A stretch of 64,000 nucleotides of DNA, from contig JBGTCG010000275.1 in NCBI GenBank assembly GCA_041748915.1, forward strand, positions 1,551 to 65,550, in the 5' to 3' direction. Each line of letters starts with the position of its first letter. Position 1 is the stretch's first letter. The DNA comes from Methylococcales bacterium (GTDB lineage: Bacteria; Pseudomonadota; Gammaproteobacteria; Methylococcales; UBA1147). The position numbers and the translations under genes were made by a program. Shown piece by piece: positions 36,363 to 46,798 of the stretch. Below the pieces are notes generated by a model that was given only the letters and a program-made list of their open reading frames with translations, was not told where the DNA came from and did not search any database.

Positions 36363-36563
36363 GTCGTTTACTTATACGTATATTCATCGATACTTGAATG
36401 GAATGGACTGGATTGATTCTAGCACACGCTGTCACGACTCACCGCGGTTCCAATAATTGGGCGCCCAGATTCTAATTTTTAGCGTAGGACGATGAATAAA
36501 TGGATAATCTAACTTCGAATGCAGACCCAGTGTGGGCGATTTAAACTTGAGCCATCCGGCCTT

Positions 36564-37946
36564 ATGATCAGGATTTTTCGGCATTACATCTCTGGAATAT
36601 TCCTCGTCCTCATCTTAATGGAGACCGGCATTTTCGTTTCCTCCGTCTATTGCGGATTACTTTTTCGGTATCAGACCGTGCTGCCGCTCGATATGTCTTT
36701 GGTAATCCAGTCGAGCCTATACGCCTCGACCCTGATGTTGGCGAATACCGGCATGGGCATGTATCAACGCAGTCAGACCTGGGGGGAACCGGAATTGTTG
36801 CTGCGAATCCTGGCAAGTCTGTTGCTCGGCACATTGTTTATGGGACTGATGTTCTATTCGTTTCCTCCAATCGCGATTGGCAGGGGCGTCTTCGGATATG
36901 CACTGCTTTCGTCATTTATGGGCGTGACGATTCTCCGCATGTTGTTCTATTCACTCATCGACCGGAAAGTCCTGAATAGGCGAGTCGTTGTGCTTGGTGC
37001 CGGACGCAATGCACGGAAGATAATCGAGCTTGAAAGGAATGCTGCCCAGAACATCGATGTTATTGGATGTATCGCATCAGATTATCACCCGATCCTCGTT
37101 CCGGAAGAAAAGTTGATCCGGCCTCGGGTGCCATTGTACGAATATGTATTGAACGAGCAGATCGATGAAATTGTGATCGCACCGGATGATCGCCGCAAGG
37201 GACTTCCGGTGGACGAAATCCTGGACTGTAGAATGTACGGATTTGAAGTCATAGATCTTCTGACATTCTTCGAACGCGAGGCCGGCTTTATCCGTGTTGA
37301 TTCCCTCTATCCCAGTTGGCTGGTGTATTCTGATGGATTCCGGATGGGCTTCGTCAGGATCAGTACCAAGCGGATCTTCGATATTACCGTCAGCCTGATG
37401 TTGCTTTTTGTAACCTGGCCTATCATGTTGCTGACGATGATTGCGATCAAATTGGAAAGCCGTTTTAAGGGCCCGATATTTTATTATCAAACCCGCGTCG
37501 GCTTGAGCTGGCGGCTTTTCAATGTTATCAAATTTCGCAGCATGCGGTTGGATGCCGAAGCCGCGGGTGGACCGAAAATGGCCCGCGAGGACGATGACCG
37601 GATAACATTGGTTGGAAAATTTATCCGGAAATTCAGGATCGATGAATTACCTCAGCTATTCAACGTCCTGAAAGGGGATATGAGTTTTGTCGGACCACGA
37701 CCCGAACGCCCCGAATTCGTCGAACAATATGCCGAGGCGGTCCCCTATTACTCGGAACGGCTCAGGGTAAAACCAGGTATCACCGGGTGGGCCCAGTTAT
37801 GTTATTCCTATGGGGATAACGAACGAGATGCGTTGCAAAAACTACAATATGATCTTTACTATGTGAAGAATTACAGTTTATTTTTTGATCTGATCATTAT
37901 CTTGCAGACCATTGAAGTTGTGCTCTGGAGCAAAGGGGCCCGCTAG
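36564..37946 (+). CDS. Exopolysaccharide polyprenyl-phosphate sugar transferase, PEP-CTERM-system-associated type (EpsB-like)
   Basis: The start MIRIFRHYIS is typical of this family as I recall it. C-terminal bacterial sugar-transferase domain (DELPQLFNVLKGDMSFVGPRPERPEF). It lies next to prsK/prsR. Confidence 0.75.
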   Translation: MIRIFRHYISGIFLVLILMETGIFVSSVYCGLLFRYQTVLPLDMSLVIQSSLYASTLMLANTGMGMYQRSQTWGEPELLLRILASLLLGTLFMGLMFYSFPPIAIGRGVFGYALLSSFMGVTILRMLFYSLIDRKVLNRRVVVLGAGRNARKIIELERNAAQNIDVIGCIASDYHPILVPEEKLIRPRVPLYEYVLNEQIDEIVIAPDDRRKGLPVDEILDCRMYGFEVIDLLTFFEREAGFIRVDSLYPSWLVYSDGFRMGFVRISTKRIFDITVSLMLLFVTWPIMLLTMIAIKLESRFKGPIFYYQTRVGLSWRLFNVIKFRSMRLDAEAAGGPKMAREDDDRITLVGKFIRKFRIDELPQLFNVLKGDMSFVGPRPERPEFVEQYAEAVPYYSERLRVKPGITGWAQLCYSYGDNERDALQKLQYDLYYVKNYSLFFDLIIILQTIEVVLWSKGAR

Positions 37947-37950
37947 GGCA

Positions 37951-38031
37951 GCTCTGATTCAATCAAAGCTTCCGGCGGTGCGGGGACGCGTTGCCAGAAT
38001 ATACGCATTCAGCGTTCGATTTTGTCAGGCA
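37951..38031 (+). repeat. Intergenic repeat module A, full-length copy
   Basis: GCTCTGATTCAATCAAAGCTTCCGGCGGTGCGGGGACGCGTTGCCAGAATATACGCATTCAGCGTTCGATTTTGTCAGGCA, just downstream of the sugar-transferase stop. Confidence 0.8.
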
Positions 38032-38057
38032 GACTCAATGGACATTAGGGCTGCCGG

Positions 38058-38100
38058 CCGATCTGAAATCGAGGGTGGATTTATTCAGCGTTTGCCTAGG
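38058..38100 (-). repeat. Intergenic repeat module B (inverted orientation, adjacent to module A)
   Basis: The reverse complement reads CCTAGGCAAACGCTGAATAAATCCACCCTCGATTTCAGATCGG. Confidence 0.8.
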
Positions 38101-38244
38101 CTCGCGCTGCAAGTAAGCGAAGGTCCCCAATTCCTCGGTCGATCGTTACTATGAAACAGATATCCATGTCAATCGCGGAAAAGGGGTGTTCTGCCGGTCT
38201 TTTCACGCAGTGATGCTATTTTCAGAATTCTTTTTTCAATAACA

Positions 38245-40350
38245 ATGAATATTGGGTTTCTAAGCTATTCGCTGAGCGCGGTGGCGTTTTTACTGTTGAC
38301 CCTGTTGATGATTGCCAGTTGGCGGGGACGTGAAGTGGGTGCGTTGCTGGTTGCCGCTTCCGCGTTGACGACCGTATGGGCGTCCGTTTTGGCCTTTCAA
38401 TCCTTGCATCATTCTCTTCCGTCATTTCTGATCTGGACGGTTGAAATTGTCCGGATTGGCGTTTGGCTGTTATTTGTGCAAAGACTTCTGGGATTCGCCG
38501 CGGGAAAGGATCGAAGTTATTCCGGATTATTCTTCCGATTTCGCTATGTAGTTTATGGGATCATTGCCTCCCTGCTGATAATCGAGTGGAGTTGGCCGTT
38601 CATCAACTCGGTTTTCCCTGGTTTTTTCGCTGCTAACCTGAAAAATTACGGTTATTTAACTTTGGCTTTGACTGGGATGGTCTTGGTTGAGCAGCTTTAT
38701 CGGAATACCCGATTGGATTATCGCTGGGCCATCAAATTCATGTGTCTCGCGATTGGCAGTCAATTCGCCTACGACTTCTACCTTTATTCTGACGCACTGA
38801 TACTACGACATATCGATTCCGATCTTTGGACGGCGCGCGGCGTCGTCGCTGCCTTCGGTGTTCCCTTGATCGCGATCTCCGCCGCAAGAAACCGGGAATG
38901 GTCGGTCAACCTTTTTATTTCCCGTGGAATCATATTCCACGCGACCGTTCTGTTAGGCGCGGGGTTTTACCTGGTGTCAATGTGCGCGGCGGGGTATTAC
39001 ATCCGGGCCTACGGCGGTTCCTGGGGCAGCGTCGCGCAAATCGTGTTGATGGTTGCCGCGTTTATGGTTCTGGCCTTGTTGTTGCTCTCCGGGCAGCTCC
39101 GTTCCTGGTTCAGAGTTTTTTTGAGCAAGCATTTTTTCAGGCATACCTACGATTATCGCCAGGAATGGTTGGACATAACGTCCATTCTATCCGAATCGGA
39201 TTCAGAATTACCGTTGCAACAGCGGGTCATCCTCGCGCTGGCGACCCTGGTCGAAAGCCCGAGCGGCATGCTCTGGGTCAGCGAAAACCAGCACTATCTT
39301 ACCAGGCGCGCGGATTTCGGAGACCCGGATATCGACATCAACAAAATCGATGCAGCCGATCCGTTGATCAAATTCATGACCGAGAGCCAATTTGTGATCA
39401 ATCTGCCTGAAATGGCTGCGGTACCGGAAATCTATGCGGGGCTGAAACCTCCGGACTGGCTGGAGCCGTACCGGAATGCCTGGGTCTTCGTTCCGTTGTT
39501 TCAGAGTAAAGAATTATATGGAATGGTCTTGTTGACCACACCGCGAACCGCGATCGTCTGGAATTGGGAGGTGATTGACATTTTAAAAACAGCGGGCATA
39601 CAGGTCGCCAGTTATTTGGCGCTGGAAGACGCTGCCTCTGCGCTTGCCGAAGCGCGCCAGTTTGAGGGATTTAACCGTTTGTCGGCGTTTGTCATTCATG
39701 ACCTGAAAAACGTGATCGCCCAGTTGAGTCTGGTCGTTCGAAATGCGGAACGGCACCGGGACAATCCGGAGTTCATGATCGATGCGATCAGAACGGTCGA
39801 ACACTCGGTGGAGAAAATGAACCGCTTAATGTCCCAACTCAGGAGCGCGGGACGTGTAGGTGCGGTGAAAGAATGGAGTGTTCAAAAAATACTGAGAAGT
39901 GTCGTGCGATTGAGAGCGCGCCAGCGTCCCAAACCTGCTTTTGAAATTCTCGATGCGGCGGATCCTTTGGTCCATGCGGATGAGGACCGGCTGTCTTCCG
40001 CTTTCGAACACATTATCCAAAATGCGCAAGAAGCCGCAGGAAAATCCGGAAATGTCCGGGTGACGCTCCAAACCAGTCAGAAAACGGCTATAGTAGAGGT
40101 CAAAGACAGCGGACCGGGAATGGATAAACAGTTTATTCAGTCTCGTCTGTTCAAACCGTTTGATACCACCAAGGGACTGACCGGAATGGGTATCGGCGCG
40201 TATGAAAGCCGGGAATATATACGATCGCTTGGCGGTGAACTGAATGTGTTTAGCGAAGTGGGGATCGGCAGCGTGTTCCGGTACCAGATTCCGGTGCTGT
40301 CCGTTCAATCCGCCGATATTTCCGTTCTGAAGGAGAATGTTTTTGAATAG
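38245..40350 (+). CDS. prsK: PEP-CTERM-system sensor histidine kinase PrsK-like
   Basis: 701 aa. A large polytopic N-terminal region, a GAF-like middle region, an H-box FVIHDLKNVIAQL and an HATPase region (DSGPGM...GMGIGAYESR). It is followed by, and overlaps, a sigma-54 regulator gene. Confidence 0.75.
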   Translation: MNIGFLSYSLSAVAFLLLTLLMIASWRGREVGALLVAASALTTVWASVLAFQSLHHSLPSFLIWTVEIVRIGVWLLFVQRLLGFAAGKDRSYSGLFFRFRYVVYGIIASLLIIEWSWPFINSVFPGFFAANLKNYGYLTLALTGMVLVEQLYRNTRLDYRWAIKFMCLAIGSQFAYDFYLYSDALILRHIDSDLWTARGVVAAFGVPLIAISAARNREWSVNLFISRGIIFHATVLLGAGFYLVSMCAAGYYIRAYGGSWGSVAQIVLMVAAFMVLALLLLSGQLRSWFRVFLSKHFFRHTYDYRQEWLDITSILSESDSELPLQQRVILALATLVESPSGMLWVSENQHYLTRRADFGDPDIDINKIDAADPLIKFMTESQFVINLPEMAAVPEIYAGLKPPDWLEPYRNAWVFVPLFQSKELYGMVLLTTPRTAIVWNWEVIDILKTAGIQVASYLALEDAASALAEARQFEGFNRLSAFVIHDLKNVIAQLSLVVRNAERHRDNPEFMIDAIRTVEHSVEKMNRLMSQLRSAGRVGAVKEWSVQKILRSVVRLRARQRPKPAFEILDAADPLVHADEDRLSSAFEHIIQNAQEAAGKSGNVRVTLQTSQKTAIVEVKDSGPGMDKQFIQSRLFKPFDTTKGLTGMGIGAYESREYIRSLGGELNVFSEVGIGSVFRYQIPVLSVQSADISVLKENVFE

Positions 40351-41692
40351 TCAAGCGTTATTGGTAGTCGAAGACGATCCTGGGCTGCAAAGCCAATTAC
40401 GCTGGAGCTTCGATCATTATAAGGTTCAGGTTGCTGACGATCGTGAATCGGCGGTCACGGCGATTCGGAAGAATCAGCCTGCCGTTGTGACTCTGGACCT
40501 GGGTTTGCCGCCCGATCCTGGCGGCGTTTCCGAGGGATTTCGGACTCTGCAAGAGATTTTGGCCGAATCTCCTCACTCGAAAGTCATTGTCATCACCGGC
40601 AACAATGATACGGAAAACGCGGTGAAGTCGATCGGTTTCGGCGCTTACGATTTTTATCAGAAGCCAATTGAGCCTGAGATATTGTCCTTGGTGGTTGAGC
40701 GCGCATTCCGGGTTTTTCGATTGGAGGAAGAAAACCGCAATCTGATCCGTCAACATTTTACCTATCCCCTGCCGGGTGTCATTGCGGCCAGTCCTGAGAT
40801 GCATGAAGTCTGCCGTATGATCGAACGGTTGGCGCCGACGGATGTCACTACGTTAATTCTTGGGGAAAGCGGTACCGGTAAAGAGATTCTGGCCCATGCG
40901 CTGCATGCGCTAAGCGCGCGCGCCAAAGGTCCGTTCGTTGCCGTGAATTCCGCCGCGATTCCCGAGAGCCTTCTTGAAAGCGAATTGTTCGGACACGAAA
41001 AAGGGGCATTTACGGGGGCTGACCGGCAGGTCAAAGGGAAATTCGAATTGGCGGATGGCGGCACGTTTTTTTTGGATGAAATTGGCGATATTCCTGTTTC
41101 GCTGCAACCCAAGTTGTTAAGGTGTTTGCAAGAACGCGTGATCGAAAGAATCGGGGGAAGGAAGCAGATTCCGGTTGACGTCCGGGTTGTCTGCGCGACC
41201 CATCAAGATATTCCGAAGTTAATTGAAGACGGCCGGTTTAGAGGCGATTTATATTACCGGATCAACGAAATGGTAGTCAGCATTCCGCCGGTTCGCGAAC
41301 GTAACGGTGATATTCTTGTGCTTGCCAAAGCCTTCCTGTCCCGCTACGTCGCCCAGATGAATTCCAAACTAACCGGCTTTTCGGAAGCCGCGATCGCGGC
41401 CATGGAATCGTATTCGTGGCCGGGCAATGTGCGTGAACTCGAGAGCAGGGTCAAGCGGGCCGTGATTTTGTCTAACGGTCCATTGATCAACATTGACGAT
41501 CTTATGTTGCCCGAGGGCAAACCGAGCGAGAAAATGACAGGTCTCCGGGAAATCCGGGACTCCGCGGAAAGACAAGCCGTTTGTCAGGCTCTGACCGAAT
41601 GTAACGGAAACGTCTCGAAAGCCGCGGAAATGCTGGAAGTGACCCGACCAACGCTATATTCGCTGTTAAACAAGTTCAAGCTTAAGGTTTAG
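40337..41692 (+). CDS. prsR: Sigma-54-dependent response regulator PrsR-like (receiver + AAA+ + Fis HTH)
   Basis: Receiver domain (LLVVEDDPG, DLGLPPD), AAA+ domain (GESGTGKE, GAFTGA, FLDEIGD) and a C-terminal HTH (NVSKAAEMLEVTRPTLYSLL). Confidence 0.8.
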   Translation: MFLNSQALLVVEDDPGLQSQLRWSFDHYKVQVADDRESAVTAIRKNQPAVVTLDLGLPPDPGGVSEGFRTLQEILAESPHSKVIVITGNNDTENAVKSIGFGAYDFYQKPIEPEILSLVVERAFRVFRLEEENRNLIRQHFTYPLPGVIAASPEMHEVCRMIERLAPTDVTTLILGESGTGKEILAHALHALSARAKGPFVAVNSAAIPESLLESELFGHEKGAFTGADRQVKGKFELADGGTFFLDEIGDIPVSLQPKLLRCLQERVIERIGGRKQIPVDVRVVCATHQDIPKLIEDGRFRGDLYYRINEMVVSIPPVRERNGDILVLAKAFLSRYVAQMNSKLTGFSEAAIAAMESYSWPGNVRELESRVKRAVILSNGPLINIDDLMLPEGKPSEKMTGLREIRDSAERQAVCQALTECNGNVSKAAEMLEVTRPTLYSLLNKFKLKV

Positions 41693-41955
41693 TTAGCTTT
41701 CCGGTTGACGCACATCCGCCGCAGGAACGTGAGCGATGTCCATTTTTGCCTGAGATCGGGCGGAAGCAACCGGCGACCGTTTATCCGTTCGAAACACTGT
41801 TGAAATAACCGCCCTTGAGTCGGCGGAGTCGTTCGCAATCAGACATCGCTCGTGAACGATGGATCGCGCTTTCCGCTAACGTGGGGCAAAATGGACGCCG
41901 TGGCCCAAGCGATTCTCGTAATGCCCCCGTCATAATTCTTCGATATACTGGCCGA

Positions 41956-44232
41956 ATGTCTGAATCTGGCCAAATACCTAAAAGCACCCCACTTTCCTCG
42001 CTCGGATTATCGTTGTTCCCGCCGAACCGATGGCGGTTTGCCCGTGACCGGCTTGCCCGATATGCAATGGCTATCGGTGGAAGCGGTGTGATCGTTGCGA
42101 TCGTACTGATTTTCTTTTATCTGATGTACGAAGTCATTCCTCTATTTCAGTCGCCAGCCGTTGACCCCGTCGCGGTTTATTCAATTCCGGGCGACGGTCA
42201 CACCCTTCTTTATGCCGTCGATGAGCAGGCCGAAATTGCTGTTCGCTATACCGATTCCGGAGAGGTCTTCTTTTTTGATACGAAAACCGGGAAGTTGATC
42301 CTTCAGAATTCCTTGGGATTGCCGGCCGATGTCCGGATCAGTTCGCTGGCGCCGAGCGATCCGCAGACCGGCATCATTGGTTTCGGCTTGAGCGACGGGA
42401 GCGTAAGGCTGGTAAGGCATCGGTTTATCGTGAGCTTTCCAAACGATATCCGCAAGATCGTACCTAAACTGGAAGTGATATTGGAGGGACAGGATCTGCG
42501 CATTTTTGACGAGCGGGTGCCGGTCCAAAAACTCGCGGTGCAAAGCTCTAAAAAAAGCACCACACTGGTTGGCTGGTCGCAAGACAGACCGATTTCCCTC
42601 ATTCGGTTTGAACAAGAAGAGGATTTTCTAAGCGATCAGGTAACTCTAAAACGGTCCGTAAATCAGATAAAAATATTGCTGGAAAAGATCGGTTATCTGG
42701 CGCTCGATAAAGATCAGCAGGTGATTTATGCTGCCGATTATCAAGGCATCCTGCTTCGATACACGATTGACCGTCGCGGCACGGTTCAGTTCGATCAACA
42801 GGTTCAAATCGTCAAAGCCGGCGAGACACTCACGAGTCTGGCGTTTCTGAGCGGCAGTCTGTCCTTGTTGGTAGGCGCCTCCAACGGCGCAATCAGTCAG
42901 TGGTTTATTGTCACCGATCATGAAAATCGCCGCGCGTTGACCAGGATTCGGGAATTTCATTCGCAACAGGCGCCGATCATCTCAATCGTGCCTGAATTTT
43001 CCCGCAAGGGATTTTTTGCCGCAGACGCTTCGGGCAATGTGGGTATTTACCACGCAACCGCTCACCGCACACTGCTGGTCCGGCAAGTTTCCGCGTCCGG
43101 CCTGAACTCCTTAGCGATTTCGCCGAGGGCGGACGCCTTTGTCACTGAAAGTCTTTCCGGAAAAACCCATTTCTGGCTGGTCGAAAATGACCACCCTGAG
43201 GTTTCCTGGTCGTCGCTTTGGGAAAGAGTCTGGTATGAAAATTATCCGGAACCGGCGTATGTCTGGCAGTCTTCGGCCGCTACCAACGACTTTGAACCCA
43301 AGTTGAGTTTGATGCCTTTGAGTTTTGGAACCTTGAAAGCGGCAGTTTACGCGATGCTGGTCGCCACACCGCTGGCTATTTTTGGCGCGGTTTATACCGG
43401 GTATTTCATGGCTTCGCGCTTACGCCAGGTGGTTAAACCGGCAATCGAGGTGATGGAAGCGTTGCCCACGGTAATATTGGGGTTTCTGGCCGGATTGTGG
43501 CTGGCGCCGACGCTGGAGCTGTATTTGCCCGGCGTTCTGATTGCGTTAGTGCTGCTGCCGTTAGGATTCTTGTCGTTTGCCTATCTGTGGCAGTTTATTC
43601 CGGCCTTGATTCGCGTCAAGGTGCCGGACGGGTGGATACCCGTGATTCTGCTGCCGGTTGTCGGATTTTTGGGTTGGCTCAGTTTTGCACTGAGTGTTCC
43701 GGTTGAACAATTGCTTTTTGACGGGGATATTCGTGATTGGCTGACTAACGATCTCGGAATATCATTCGACCAGCGAAATTCGATCGTCGTGGGATTGGCA
43801 ATGGGTTTTGCGGTCATTCCGACCATATTTTCAATTACGGAGGACGCCGTTTTCAGCGTTCCGAAGCACCTCACGGTCGGCTCGCTGGCATTGGGAGCAA
43901 CCACGTGGCAAACCATGACCCGGGTGGTATTGTTGACCGCGAGTCCCGGAATTTTTTCAGCGTTGATGATCGGCCTTGGCCGGGCTGTCGGCGAAACGAT
44001 GATCGTATTAATGGCGACCGGCAATACTGCGATCATGGATTTCAGCATCCTTCAGGGCATGCGCACACTGTCTGCGAATATAGCCGTCGAAATGCCCGAG
44101 TCCGAGGTTGCGAGCACCCATTATCGGGTGCTCTTTCTGGCAGCTTTGGTGTTATTCCTGTTTACCTTCATTGTCAACACCCTTGCGGAAATTGTCAGGC
44201 ATCGCCTGAGGCGCCGGTACAGTTCGCTTTGA
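41956..44232 (+). CDS. pstC: Phosphate ABC transporter permease PstC, long form with a large N-terminal periplasmic repeat domain
   Basis: The C-terminal 300 aa is a PstC-type permease (EAA-like region SLALGATTWQTMTRVVL). The N-terminal region of about 450 aa has WD40-like repeats (DGSVRLV, SNGAISQWF, DASGNVGIYH). The start is uncertain. Confidence 0.8.
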   Translation: MSESGQIPKSTPLSSLGLSLFPPNRWRFARDRLARYAMAIGGSGVIVAIVLIFFYLMYEVIPLFQSPAVDPVAVYSIPGDGHTLLYAVDEQAEIAVRYTDSGEVFFFDTKTGKLILQNSLGLPADVRISSLAPSDPQTGIIGFGLSDGSVRLVRHRFIVSFPNDIRKIVPKLEVILEGQDLRIFDERVPVQKLAVQSSKKSTTLVGWSQDRPISLIRFEQEEDFLSDQVTLKRSVNQIKILLEKIGYLALDKDQQVIYAADYQGILLRYTIDRRGTVQFDQQVQIVKAGETLTSLAFLSGSLSLLVGASNGAISQWFIVTDHENRRALTRIREFHSQQAPIISIVPEFSRKGFFAADASGNVGIYHATAHRTLLVRQVSASGLNSLAISPRADAFVTESLSGKTHFWLVENDHPEVSWSSLWERVWYENYPEPAYVWQSSAATNDFEPKLSLMPLSFGTLKAAVYAMLVATPLAIFGAVYTGYFMASRLRQVVKPAIEVMEALPTVILGFLAGLWLAPTLELYLPGVLIALVLLPLGFLSFAYLWQFIPALIRVKVPDGWIPVILLPVVGFLGWLSFALSVPVEQLLFDGDIRDWLTNDLGISFDQRNSIVVGLAMGFAVIPTIFSITEDAVFSVPKHLTVGSLALGATTWQTMTRVVLLTASPGIFSALMIGLGRAVGETMIVLMATGNTAIMDFSILQGMRTLSANIAVEMPESEVASTHYRVLFLAALVLFLFTFIVNTLAEIVRHRLRRRYSSL

Positions 44233-44242
44233 GGTTATATTT

Positions 44243-45874
44243 GTGAACGGTCTTCGCTCATCCGATTGGTTTCGAAGTGGCGCGCCGTGGATCTGGTTAA
44301 GCGCCGCGGCGGTTTCCCTCAGCATTTTCACTGTCTCGAGCCTGATTATATTATTGGCCGTTCGGGGTTTTGGCCATTTCTGGCCAGACGTCGTTGTCGA
44401 GATTAATCAAGGCAATCGGCATATTCTGGGTGAAATCAGGCAAGTTGAATCGATCTCCGCGAGCCGGTTAAAAGGCTTGGGAGTCGGGCTGCCTGCCGGA
44501 GAAAAGATGATCGAACGTCACCTGATCAAAACCGGCAATCGGGATATTACCGGTTCCGATTTCGGTTGGTTTTATCAGGTTGGCAAAATTCAAGTTCCGG
44601 CAGATGTGTATGTGCTGGAACGGCTAGAATGGGGCAATTTCTACGGTTTCCTGAACGCGGTAAACGGAAGGCAGGGTTCCGATATCTCGCAGATTCTGCA
44701 GGATCAGCTTGCGCGGATTCATCTGGTCCAGAGCGAAATCAAACGAATCGAAAAGATCGAGATCGGGGCGGTTAATTTTCACCTCGAAGAGCTACGGTTG
44801 AAGGCTCGACGGCTGGAGCTAAATGGGCACTTGAGCGCGGCGGATCAGGCGGTGCTTGATGCGGAACGAAGTCGCCTTGGGAAACAATACCAGTTCCTGC
44901 AACGAAAACTGAAGGAGCATTACGACAAAATCTCGCACGGTACCGTCAGTATGACGACCGGAGACCAGACGGGCGTTGAGATTCCTCTTTATAAAATTGT
45001 CAGGGCTTATCAACCTAATCAATTTTCAACACTGGATAGATTGCTATTTTACTTTGAGAAAATCTGGGAATTCGTCGCGGATGAGCCGCGTGAAGCGAAT
45101 ACCGAAGGCGGAATTTTCCCGGCAATCTTTGGCACCGTGCTGATGGTTCTTATCATGAGCGTGTTGGTTACTCCGATGGGAGTTGTCGCCGCAGTCTATT
45201 TGCGCGAATACGCGAACCAGAGCTTTTTTACCCGGCTGATACGGATTGCGGTGAATAATCTGGCTGGAGTACCCTCGATAGTTTATGGGATTTTCGGGCT
45301 CGGGTTCTTTGTTTATTTTTTGGGCGGCGGCATCGACCAGTTATTCTATCCGGAATCTCTTCCCTCCCCAGTCTTCGGGACCCCGGGCTTGCTTTGGGCA
45401 TCCGTTACGCTCGCGATCCTCACCCTTCCGGTTGTGATCGTCGCCACCGAAGAGGGTTTGGCGCGAATACCGCGCAGTATCCGGGAAGGAAGTCTCGCCT
45501 TGGGAGCCACGAAGGCGGAAACCCTATGGCGGACCGTGATCCCGATGGCCAGTCCTGCTATCATGACCGGCATGATTCTCGCGATCTCCCGGGCCGCGGG
45601 AGAGGTGGCGCCGTTAATGCTGGTTGGGGTCGTAAAATTGGCGCCTTCCCTGCCTCTCGATGCTAATTTTCCGTTCCTCCATCTGGAGCGCAAATTTATG
45701 CATATGGGATTTCATATCTTTGACGTGGGCTTTCAGAGTCCGAATATTGAGGCCGCTCGTCCCCTGGTTTATGCGACGGCCCTGTTGCTGGTCATCGTGA
45801 TCATCATTTTGAACTTAACGGCAATTGCGGTGCGAAACCACTTACGGGAACGATTTCGTGCGCTTGAAAACTAA
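44243..45874 (+). CDS. pstA: Phosphate ABC transporter permease PstA, long form
   Basis: 543 aa with a GTG start. PstA-type permease core (REGSLALGATKAETLWRTVIPMASPAIMTG). Confidence 0.85.
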   Translation: MNGLRSSDWFRSGAPWIWLSAAAVSLSIFTVSSLIILLAVRGFGHFWPDVVVEINQGNRHILGEIRQVESISASRLKGLGVGLPAGEKMIERHLIKTGNRDITGSDFGWFYQVGKIQVPADVYVLERLEWGNFYGFLNAVNGRQGSDISQILQDQLARIHLVQSEIKRIEKIEIGAVNFHLEELRLKARRLELNGHLSAADQAVLDAERSRLGKQYQFLQRKLKEHYDKISHGTVSMTTGDQTGVEIPLYKIVRAYQPNQFSTLDRLLFYFEKIWEFVADEPREANTEGGIFPAIFGTVLMVLIMSVLVTPMGVVAAVYLREYANQSFFTRLIRIAVNNLAGVPSIVYGIFGLGFFVYFLGGGIDQLFYPESLPSPVFGTPGLLWASVTLAILTLPVVIVATEEGLARIPRSIREGSLALGATKAETLWRTVIPMASPAIMTGMILAISRAAGEVAPLMLVGVVKLAPSLPLDANFPFLHLERKFMHMGFHIFDVGFQSPNIEAARPLVYATALLLVIVIIILNLTAIAVRNHLRERFRALEN

Positions 45875-45955
45875 AGGTTCTGGGGATGACATTCCCGAAC
45901 GGCTGAGGTCCGCGGCCGTATTAACCGGATTCGATCCAGGGAGGGCATTTTAGCG

Positions 45956-46798
45956 ATGGCAAAAATCATGAGGACACCGATGACTCATGGGATTGATGTG
46001 AGCCTTTTTGATTCGCGCCGTGAGAGTGAACCTCCGGAAACGTTGAACACCTGCCTCAAGGTGCGCGATTTGAATCTTTACTATGGCGAACAGAAGGCGC
46101 TGGCAGGTATCAGTCTCGACATACCAGAAAAAAAAGTAACCGCCTTTATCGGGCCGAGCGGCTGTGGAAAGTCCACGCTTCTTCGTTGTTTTAACCGGAT
46201 GAATGACCTGATCGACAATGTATCCATTGATGGCAGCATTTTGCTCGGAGAAACCGATATATACGATCGAAACCTGAATGTCGCGGATCTGCGACGGCGG
46301 GTCGGCATGGTATTTCAAAAACCGAACCCTTTTCCAAAAACGATTTACGAAAACGTTGCCTATGGTTTGCGAATCCAGGGAATCAAAAACCGGGAACTTC
46401 TCGACGAAGTTGTTGAAAAAGCGCTGAAGGATTCCGCGTTATGGGATGAGGTCAAAGATCGATTGCATGATAATGCGCTGGGTTTGTCCGGAGGCCAGCA
46501 GCAACGCTTGGTGATCGCGCGGGCCATCGCGATCGAACCCGAGGTCATTTTACTGGATGAACCGGCATCCGCGTTGGATCCGATATCGACTTTGAAAATA
46601 GAAGAACTAATATATGAATTGAAATCGGATTATACTATTGTCATTGTGACCCACAATATGCAACAGGCGGCGCGGGTGTCGGATTTCACGACTTTTTTAT
46701 ATATGGGTGAATTGATTGAATTCGGACCGACCGAACGGTTATTTACCAATCCGCGCAAAAAGCAGACTGAAGACTATATTACCGGGCGCTACGGATGA
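45956..46798 (+). CDS. pstB: Phosphate ABC transporter ATP-binding protein PstB
   Basis: Walker [10 protein letters not shown], signature LSGGQQQR and Walker B ILLDEP, with a PstB-typical N-terminus and length. Confidence 0.95.
   Translation: MAKIMRTPMTHGIDVSLFDSRRESEPPETLNTCLKVRDLNLYYGEQKALAGISLDIPEKKVTAFIGPSGCGKSTLLRCFNRMNDLIDNVSIDGSILLGETDIYDRNLNVADLRRRVGMVFQKPNPFPKTIYENVAYGLRIQGIKNRELLDEVVEKALKDSALWDEVKDRLHDNALGLSGGQQQRLVIARAIAIEPEVILLDEPASALDPISTLKIEELIYELKSDYTIVIVTHNMQQAARVSDFTTFLYMGELIEFGPTERLFTNPRKKQTEDYITGRYG

Noticed and set aside
41927-41946. A Pho-box-like sequence (CGTCATAATTCTTCGATATA) upstream of pstC.
   Set aside because: It is only a partial match to the CTGTCATA-N3-CTGTCAT consensus. 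It also sits about 10-30 nt from the proposed start codon, leaving no room for a promoter and 5' UTR unless the start is further downstream.
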